Shown one piece after another: positions 54,735-64,000 of a stretch of DNA of 64,000 nucleotides (within the stretch, counting starts at the first letter, position 1; the number at the start of each line of letters is the position of its first letter). The stretch spans positions 26,598,001 to 26,662,000 of the forward strand of contig CM052841.1 of assembly GCA_028534125.1 (NCBI GenBank), given 5' to 3'. This DNA comes from Lama glama (taxonomy: Eukaryota). The position numbers and the translations under genes were made by a program. The notes under the pieces are model-generated. The model was given only the letters and a program-made list of their open reading frames with translations, had not been told where the DNA came from and made no database searches.

Positions 54735-55080
54735 CCCGGTAAGGAGTAACTATACGCATGCGCCAGTTACGTAAGCCTTATAACCCAAAAAGGAAAGGTA
54801 CGCATGCGCTAGTAGCGCTATGTAAGCCTTAGGAACAAAGAAATGAACAATACGCGTGGGCGGGAAGAACAGATGAAAGTCAGACAAGGGCGCCGTGCGG
54901 GCAGCACGATCTTGTTGAACTAGAAGACAGTGCTGAGCGCCGCGCTACCGCCCGCTGCGGGCGCCACCCGCTGTACTGCAATGAAGTGCTGTTTCGCTCC
55001 GTGTTGGCTCCTCGCGCATTTTTCCAGTTGGGCAGCTCACCTCCTCGAATCCCTTTCAGCCCCCTTCGGCTGACAGATAA
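54735..55080. promoter_or_regulatory. Small CpG-island-like promoter with NRF1-type motifs
   Basis: Highest CpG density in the window; ACGCATGCGC at 54754 and 54800; TTACGTAA at 54767; GGGCGGG at 54858; minus-strand donor gag|gtgagc near 55041. Confidence 0.65.
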
Positions 55081-55654
55081 CCACACCAGGATTTTTTTTA
55101 TCCATCTGTTTGTCCCTTCACTTTAGTTTAGCAAGGGAAGTATGAGTCCAGAATGACACTTGTGCTTCCTTGCCAAACGTGCTCTCATCTGACATCTAAA
55201 GAGAAAACTAACGTTTGCACACAGTTCCTTACAAATTACCTACTACTGCTTTCACATACATCCTCTTGTATGATTTTCATGACAATCCTTCAAGCGTTTG
55301 AAGCCCCAAGTCCCACTAGTAAGTTTCAGATCTTTCAACTTTAAAGATCATTCCAACCATTTTCTCCATCATAAAAACTAAACCGCTGTGCTGTTATTTC
55401 CCAGACCCCAGAACAGACTTACAGCCTAGGCCCCTACTAAACAAAGCGTAGTCCCCAGGCCAACAGCACTGCCGAATCTTAGGGTCACTTCAGACCTAGC
55501 CAATCAGAATCTGCATTTTAGCAATATTCCCCAGGTGATTTCCATGCACATTAAAGTTGGACAATCACTGACTTGGTAGTAATCTAAAGGCTAGCATGAA
55601 TATCTTATTCATGTTTGTATTCCCCAATCCACAGCACCATTTAGTATTTGCTCA

Positions 55655-56095
55655 CTGTATCAGTTTCTTACTGCTGGTAGCAAATTACTAGAGGTTTAGT
55701 GGGTTTAAGCAAAAAAAATCTGTAAGTAAATATATATACATATATTGCCTTACAGTTCGGGAGGTCATCCAAAATGGGTTTCCCCGGTTCCCCATCAAGG
55801 TGTCGTCAGGGCTGGGTTCCTTCTGGAGGCTGCAGGAGAGAAGCCATGTCCTTTTCTTTTCAGCGTCTAGAAGCAGCATGCCTTCCCGGACTTGTGGCTC
55901 CTTCCCCTGATTTCAAAGCTAGCGCCATCTTCGAATCCTTCTTGCTCCTCCCCCTTTTATTTATAAGGACGCTTGTGATTACATTGGGCCCACCTGGATA
56001 ACCCGAAATACTACCCCCATCCCAAGCTCATTAACTTAATTACGTCAGCAGAGTGTAAAGCAGCATATTCACTGGTTTCCAGGGATTAGGACATG
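55655..56095 (-). mobile_element. MLT1C/D LTR
   Basis: tgtatcagtttcttactgctg...cagggctgggttccttctggaggct...tataaggacgcttgtgattacattgggcccacctggataa. Confidence 0.85.
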
Positions 56096-56589
56096 GATGA
56101 AGTATCCCAAAGGTCAGCAGCCCTCAGTATTGAAATCCTTGAGCCACTGAATCAATATAAATAACTTTCTACCCACCTCTAGGTTTCTTATTGTATGAGA
56201 AAAAAGCAAGTGCTTAACTGTCCCAGAGGCTTCTATGCCCATTCAGTGAGTTTTCTCTTCCTTGCAGCCAAACAGAATTCTTCACTGATACTGAAGCCTC
56301 AAAGAGGTGCTAGATAGAATTGGTCCTGGGCAAACTCCTACCTTAGGTAAAATGAGGTCTGAAACCTTCCCAGCTTCACTCCCAAAGTCCACCTCCTTCA
56401 GCATATCCTCTCCTCATTGGCTCACGTCTCAGATTTTAGTGCAATCCTGAAAAGTATCTATTAGCTTCCATTGCCTATCTTAGGGGACGTTCCACCCTCA
56501 CATGATTAAACTAATCTCTGGCATGTCACAGTGCTTAAAATTTGTAGGAAATGACTTTACTTATATTATCTCACTCCTAAAACTAGTCC

Positions 56590-56890
56590 TTAGAGCCATG
56601 ATTTTCAAAGTGTAGTCTCTGGACCAGAACCACCTGCAAGTTCTTGGGATGCACTCAAGACCCACTGAGTCAGAAAACAATGAGGGTGGGTGCAACAATC
56701 TGAGCTTTAACAAGCCCTCGAGGGGATTCAGATGTGTGCTAAAGCTTGAGAACCAGACCTACAGAGAACTGTGCACGTTTTTCAGATAAGGAAATTGAGG
56801 CTTTTGTGGATTATATTGACTTATCAAAGGCCTCACAGTAATGTGCTAAGACAGGGGCCTTCTGGCTCTAAGCTCAGGGTTGTTTTTACC
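56590..56890. mobile_element. MER5A followed by a MIR
   Basis: ttttcaaagtgtagtctctggaccag...tttaacaagccctc...ttgagaacca; tttcagataaggaaattgaggc. Confidence 0.75.
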
Positions 56891-57024
56891 ACATACAAGT
56901 ATTTTCCATCCAGATATATGTCATTCCAGAGGGAGCTGTCATTTTGAGGAAAAAAAAAAAGGAAATCTTACTAATTCACTCTAAAATACTGACAACTTGA
57001 TAATGATTCTGTTTTTCCTTCTCA

Positions 57025-57810
57025 AGGGAGTTTGCATTTAAAAGAAATACAACTCAAATTACAATGAGATACTGCCTCACATCCATTAGGATGACTGCTA
57101 GCAAAATAAAACAAAACCAAAAAAAACCAAGTGTTTCCGAGGATGTAGAGAAACTGGAGCCCCTGTGTACTGCAGATGGGAATATAAGATAGTGCAGCCA
57201 CTATAGAAAAAGTATGGTGGTTCTTCAAAAAATTAAAAATAGAATTACTGTATGATCCAGCAACTTCACTTCTGGATATGTACCCAAAAGAATTGCAAAC
57301 AGGAACTTGAACGTAAAAGTGTACACCAACGTTCACACCAGCATTATTCACAAAAGCCAAAAGGTGGACAAAACCCAAATGCCCACCAGTAGATGAATGG
57401 ACAAACAAAACGTGGTATATGTATACAGTGGAATATAGTTCAGCCTTGAAAAGCAAAGGAACTTTGATACATGCCACAGCATGGATGAACCTTGAGGACA
57501 TTATGCTAAGTGAAATAAGCCAGCACAAAAGGACAAATACAGTATCATTCCACATTTATGTGGTACCTAAAGTAGTCAAATTCATAGAGACAGAAAGTAG
57601 AATAGTGGTTGCCAAGCTCTGGGGGGAGAGGGCAGTAGGAAGTTACTATTTAATAAGTAGAGAGTTTCAGTTTTTCGAGATGAAAAGAATTCTGTGGCTG
57701 CATGGTGACGATGGCAGCACAACAATGTGAATGTCCTTAATGCCCCCAAGCATACACTTGAAAATGGTTAAGGTGCTAAATGTTCTGTGTATTTTACCAC
57801 AGTCTTTAAA
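57025..57810 (+). mobile_element. L1MB 3' end (ORF2 C-terminus and 3' UTR)
   Basis: aaaattaaaaatagaattactgtatgatccagcaa...catggatgaaccttgaggacattatgctaagtgaaataagccag; ORF 57419-57730 is L1-derived. Confidence 0.92.
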
Positions 57811-58369
57811 TGTATTTTAAAGAAAAGAAAAAGAGAAATAGCACTCATCTTGTAGAACTCCTGTTCACTCCTGATAAGCCAGGTATCAGCAGTCGTACGA
57901 TCAGGGTGACTTCCTTGGAACCATGCAAACCGCGTCCCCAAAATGACTCTGGACCCTACACAGAATTTCGTTTTTTAAGTCCCCTCAGGTGCAGGGTGTC
58001 ACTGAGGGCTGATTTCTTAAAGATTATTTTTATAAATATATCAAGTTGGGAAACAGACATGTGAGAATGTTGGCAAGGTTGACACTGTTAGGCTGGGCAT
58101 ACACCATTTTGAGTAAAGGGAAAAAATAAAACCCTCTGTTCACCAACAAACACCTCCTTTCCTTATAATAATGTTACTAAACTTAGAAGCAAGAGAAGGC
58201 GGTTAACCAATAAGGAGGCCTCTGCTTCTAATGAGTCTATCTTGGGGACAAATAGATACCTCAGGTGTGTTATTCATCCATTCTCGTGGGACAATGGAGA
58301 TGGCTTGGGTCAAATGTCAATGGCCTAAATTTGTCAGTATTTTTGACAAAGGGACTTACTAACTTTTCC

Positions 58370-59545
58370 TCATTTTTTTCAATTCTGAAATAATCTCATA
58401 CTTTCTGAAAAGGTATAAAAATTGTACAGAGAACTTCCATATCCCCTTTACTCAGATTCACCAATTTTTATCATTACTGCCACACTTACTTTCTCATTCT
58501 TCCACCTAAAGACATTTCATTATTTCTTTCTTTCCTGAACCATTGGAGAATGCCCCATTTCCCCTTAATATTTCATTATATATTTCTAAAGAAGGAGGAA
58601 TTTTTTTTTTACAATGCTACAATCGTTACCCAATTCAGGAAACTTAACACACATGCAATAGTCTTATCTCATCTACAGTCCATAATCCAGTTTGTCAATT
58701 GTACCAATAATGCCTTTTACAACATTTCCTTCCCCAGTACAGGATATGGTTAAGGATCACATAGAGTATTGAATTTTACATGTCATGTCCTTTTAATCTC
58801 TTTAAATCTGAAACAGTCCCTCAGTCCTTCGGTTGAGGTCAGCTATTATATAGACTGTTCCTCAGTCTGGGTTTGGCTGATGTTTCCCCATGATTAGATC
58901 TGGTCACATATGCTCAGCCAGAATACTACCGAGATGCCATGTCCTCACAGTACCATAGTGAGAGGCACACACGCCCGCCATCGGTGGTAATGATTTTTAT
59001 CACTAAGTCAAGGTGTTGTCCATTTTCTCCACTGTACATTTCTTTCTTTCCTCCCTTACATCTAATAAAGAATCTTTGGAGAGACTTTTTGAGACCACGC
59101 AAACATTCTGCTTCACATCAGAAATATATACCCTAAATTTAGTATCCGTTGATGATTCACACCTAAACCAATCTTTGCCATGATGGTTGCAAAACAGTGA
59201 TCTTCCCAATGACACCACTCCTTCCACGTTTATCGTGTTTAAAAAGAAAGAATCCTCTTTCTTGCCCTTATTTTGGTTTATCTACTTGTTAGTTTGGACT
59301 CATAGATTCTTACTTTATTCAACAGATTACAATTAGATACTGTTCTTATTTCTTTTGATGCTCAAATTTTTCCAGATTTGGCCAGCAGGAGCCCTCTTCC
59401 AGCTGGTTCCTATGCCCTTTTGACAGGTCCCTCTCATTTTTCATGAGGACTTCTTCACTTTCTGGCATAAAAACATGTCCAAGTTCATCTTGTACCCTCA
59501 CTGCCCCAGTCCTGGAATCGCTCATTTCTCAAAGGAGCCATAGTT
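58370..59545 (-). mobile_element. L1MC-like 3' UTR, antisense
   Basis: tacagagaacttccatatcccctttactcagattcacca...tgatgctcaaattttccagatttggccag...tcatttctcaaaggagcc. Confidence 0.8.
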
Positions 59546-59669
59546 CATTCCCATTTTTCCCAGGTTTATAACATACTGAGATTGACTTATTTTGTTTTGT
59601 TTTTGATGACTGACTCGGTTTCATTTTTGAATCTCCGTCATGTTATCATTAGAGCTCATGTAAGGAGTA

Positions 59670-59910
59670 CAATATGGTGTGTGGGAAAGGCCCGAGCTTT
59701 GGAAAGGGATCTGAATTTGAACACTGGCTCTGTGACTTGCTAACTGCAAGAACTCGGGCAAGTTATTTAACTTCTTTAAGCCTCTGTTTCTTCACCTTAA
59801 AAACATGAGAAATAATGTCTACCTCACAGGGTTATTATGAGGTTTAAAGAGACATAACAGCTTTAAAACTGTCAACTCGGATCCTGACACATAGTAAATA
59901 CTCAAGAAAT
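59670..59910 (+). mobile_element. MIR
   Basis: gggcaagttatttaacttctttaagcctctgtttcttc...acctcacagggttattatgagg. Confidence 0.85.
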
Positions 59911-60169
59911 TTACATTCCTTTTTACCCTTTTAATCACAGCATTATACGGGTTTTTTCCTCACAACCCCTTCAACTGCTTCCTATGAAGCCCTAAAAAAA
60001 CACAGATTACCTGCCGCTGGTGTTGTTTATTAGCTCCAAAACTCTGCCATAACCTCCAATTCTCACCTTAGTCTATCAGGATTCCTTGGCATAGGACACA
60101 TGCTTCATGATTACCCCTTTTCTTTCCTTCCTTTTGCTCCTTAGAATGAGAGGTGATGTGGTATGGAAG

Positions 60170-62450
60170 AAAAGAATCACACGACTCTTACAACATGCAG
60201 ACAAAGCATTCAATAAAGTTCAGTGATTCTAGAGAATTACGAATATAAGGTAATTTCCCTGACGTTAAACAGACTACATACCACAAACCTATATATTAAA
60301 TAGCACATATAATAGAGAAATACTTTTATTTCCACTAACTCATTTCCACTAACATTAGACACAAAACACTTCTTAATTTAACAAGAGAAATGACTAATGC
60401 TATAAGGAAAAAAAAAGACAAAAGTATTTTAAGGATTTGATAAAGAAGATAAAACTTAGTGTTTTCAGTTACTAGCACTATCCATATAGAAAACTCAAGA
60501 GCATGGCAAACTATTAGAACTTACAAGAGTTTAGCAAGGTCATTGTATTATAAGATAAATGCACAAAAACAGTAATCCTCTATGCTAGCAATGATGAACT
60601 AGAAAATAAGACACCATTTACACAATAGTAACCAAAATTAAGAAAAATATATATGACCTTTATAGAATAAATACTAAAAATATTCTGTTAAAGTACATAA
60701 AGTCTGAATAAATGGAGAAATATTACAATGATGGCATTGCTTCCCAAATTAATCTGAACATTCAAGGCAATCTCATCAAGTTTCCAAGGGGATTTTTTTT
60801 AAAAGAATTCCATAAACTCATTCTAAATTTTATATGGGAAAATAAAATTCCACAAATAGATAAGGCCATTTGGAAACAGATAAGAAATGAGGGCATACTC
60901 CCCCCACCAGATATTACAAAACTATAAAAACAGCATGGTATTGAATCAGGAACAGGCAAACAGACCATTGGAAAAGAGGAAAGTTTTTAGATGTAGTACT
61001 ACATATATATGGGAACTTCCTATAAGATCAAATTGGCACCACAAAACAATAGGAAAGGATGAACTGTTCGTAAATTGTGATGGCAAAGTGGATGACTATG
61101 ATGAGGCAAAATAAGACTGGACCTTATAACTTATGAAACTGTTTTAAAAAGGTGCACTTTAGATGGATTAAAGACATAAATATGAGAGGTAAATATAAAA
61201 TATAGAAGAAATATGGAAACAAAGAACAGAGAGAAAAAATTAAAGAAAATGTACAACAGTATGTTATTTATATGGGGGTAGAGGGAAGACTACTGGAAAA
61301 AGACCCTAGAAACACAAATGCCAAGATAAAATATTGACAAACTTGATTTTGTCAAAATAAAGACCACCACAAAGTAAGAGGAGAGTTTAGGGGAAAGCAT
61401 TTTGTAATATACAAAACCAGCAAGAGCTTAGCACCTGTAATCTGCAAACAACTCCTGAAAATCCATAAGGAATAAAGTAGGAAACCCAATTTTAAAATAA
61501 GCAAAGTATTATACAGGCAAGTCTCAAAAAGGCAAACCCCAGTAACTAATGCTCATCAGACTCTTCAGTAAACAAAGAAATTCAAATGAAAATAAGACTT
61601 TTTAAATGGAAAAAAATTAATAGTAGATAATTCCAGAGATGGCAGGATGTAGCAAAATGCAAACCCTGGGATACTTTTTTGGGAAACTGTAAACTGGCAG
61701 AGTCATTCTAGAAAACAATGTATCCTCTATGACCCTCAAATCCCTTTCCAGTGTTGTATGTCACAGAAGTCTTTGCACAGCCTCATAGGGGATCTGTATG
61801 AGGTCACTGGTTGTGGTATGGTTTGTGGTATTGGACCTTGACAACAACCTAAGTGTTCATCAGTAGGGGAATAATAAAATACAGTAGAAGCATTGGTGGT
61901 TGCCAGGGGCTGAGGGGAAAGGGAAATGCAGAGTTAGTGTTTAATAGTTACAGAGTTTCAGTTTGGGTAAAGTGAAAAAGCTTTGGCAGAAGGACAGTGA
62001 TGACTGTTGTAGAATAATGTGAATGTACCTAAGGCCAAAGAACAGTACGCTTAAAAATAGTTGAGAGTAAATTTTATGTTATGTTCATTTTACCACAATT
62101 TTTAAAATATTCTTAAAAACACAATGGATGCTTATTATGCAATACCTTGCAGGATTTAGAAATACAGAGCTAACTAGTTTCAGCCACATGGTATTAAATA
62201 CAGGATTGAATGACAAATTAAAAACACAAGCACGTTCCAAACAGCACTCCATATTTTACTAGGACACACGCATCTTTAAAGACTCACTGTCAACGTATTA
62301 GTTTGGAAACCTATTGGGGAGAGAGAACTAGAAATGGAGATTGGGGATTAAGGGGAAAAAATAATAAAATAAGAGGGGTATTACATGGACCAATGATGAA
62401 TGACAATAAGGTATTATGAACTGAGAAGTTTGTACCTTAAAAAGAAATGA
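60170..62450 (+). mobile_element. Old L1ME-like ORF2/3' region with a nested L1MB 3' end at about 61890-62105
   Basis: gcagacaaagcatt, ttctaaattttatatgggaa and aaaacagcatggtattg L1 motifs; nested ggtggttgccaggggctgagggg...tttaccacaa. Confidence 0.8.
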
Positions 62451-62961
62451 CATCATACACATGAAAACTCTTTGAAAGGATATAAATTTTACAGTTTATA
62501 GTTTATTATTTCCTCTATTTAAAGGGAGTGAAATGAATCAAAATAGATTTGACTCCTAATGTTTTGGATCCTTGGTGAATTCTGAAAAATGGTGATTTAC
62601 ATATTGGCTAAACATCACACATTGGAAGTTCATCTGTAATTTATGAGCTTTTAAATATCTCCAGTGATCTCTCATTACCACCAATTTCTTCTTTCCTCTG
62701 TTTTACATTCTGTTCCACGTTGAGCCAAATTAAGTAAGGGGTGGGTCAGGCAGGAGTTGCCTGGGGTGCTAGTATTTAAGAGGTGCTAAAAATATCGCTA
62801 GAATTATAACAAGATGGAAAAAATTATTTTTCCTAGCGCTTGTGTTACTGAGAGCACTTTGCAAGGTTAGAAAGGATTCAGTTATAAAATGTGTGGGGTG
62901 GGGCTGTGTGTGGCCCTTCTCCCAGGGAAATACATGAATAATAGTAGGAGTTATTTAAACT

Positions 62962-63050
62962 CAGGGCCACAAGGCCACCTTGCAGAGTTGTGCACAACTC
63001 TAGCAGATGTCATCTACATATGACCTGCAAGACTGTCCATGGTGGCCTTG
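62962..63050. mobile_element. 89-bp hAT MITE (MER91-like) with 8-bp TSD
   Basis: TSD tttaaact at 62954-62961 and 63051-63058; TIRs cagggccac / gtggccttg. Confidence 0.75.
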
Positions 63051-64000
63051 TTTAAACTGCCTCCTTAGGGGGTCTGCTTAATCATTTAGATGAACAAATA
63101 ACTCCACTCAATCAGAATGCAAGGCTTTTGTTTCACACAGCAGATAAGCATATCTGGGGCTGGAGTGGAACCATTTGGGAAAACAGGGGACAAGCAGAGC
63201 ACCACTGGTGGTGGACCTCCCCATGCTTCCCCACACAGCCTAAATGAAGAGGGGCTGCACATTTACACACTATCCAGGCACCAAGTTACCAGACTGCCAG
63301 CGGGGCCACCTGTTTCTGTCCGGTTCTACTTCCAAACAGGGCGGACCGACTCAACAGAAGTTCTTCCACTTTAAAACACCGAAGCCCAACTGACACCCTC
63401 ATCATGCGCCAGACCTTCAGAGTCTCCCTGTGCCCTCCTCTGGCCACCCCTCCTTACACAGCAGGAATAGGTAGATGCAGAGGATGGTGCGTGGCCAACA
63501 GTGGTCCGGGAGTCTCTGTGGATTCCATCTGCAGATGGACCAAAGCTAGCATAGCTGTGCATAAAACTAGGCCAAGAATCTTGGCCTGAGCTTACAGAAG
63601 GGTATTTTTGAGAAGAGGGATCAGTGTCTCTAATTGATCCTAATTCTTAGGAAAGGGGGATGGACCACTACTAATTTCTAAAGGCATTTTGGGAACATCA
63701 AGAGAATAGTTTGATCATCTGCTTGTTTCTTTATTTAAGCATGTTCTGAGGGATGTTTGCCAACCATAAATCTTTAGCCTGTGTTCCCAACTTAATTTAA
63801 TGTAACAGAAACCAAGGTGTAAAGGAGGCAACTGAAAACATATCTGCTGACTGCTAAAGAATGAATTAGGATTTGGACTGTATTGTTGACCATCAATCAG
63901 CAGTTTTCCTTAAAATATCCCTTTTTCTGTTCAGTTCACATATTAAGCTGTCTAGTAACTTGTGTCATGCATTAAGCAGTTCACAATATTTCACTCACTG

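Noticed and set aside
736-63589. ORFs in the supplied track as real CDSs
   Set aside because: They are short, often start at non-ATG codons or span Ns, overlap on both strands, and many lie in repeats; the only recognisable ones are L1 ORF2 pieces (22732, 57419, 60712)

Overview
Mammalian (eutherian) genomic DNA, not prokaryotic. It is CpG-depleted and dense in MIR, L2, L1, MaLR/ERV LTR and hAT/Tigger fossils, with five N-gaps. Artiodactyl-type L1 3' ends and no recognisable Alu, B1, Bov, PRE1, CHR or Can-SINE suggest a camelid (inference). I recognise no intact protein-coding gene; the supplied ORFs are chance frames or repeat fragments. The firmest gene-like feature is a 5'-truncated RPS27A (ubiquitin-S27a) processed pseudogene at about 7.73-8.10 kb, fused to an L1 fragment. 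Also notable: a twin-primed (5'-inverted) young L1 with TSD at 22.1-23.2 kb, an orphan CpG-rich promoter-like element with a duplicated NRF1/bZIP module at about 54.7-55.1 kb, and a series of splice-flanked exon-like segments that could belong to a lncRNA or decayed gene. Repeat family names come from recalled consensus sequences and boundaries are approximate; no searches were run. I found no support for a wholly new biological system.
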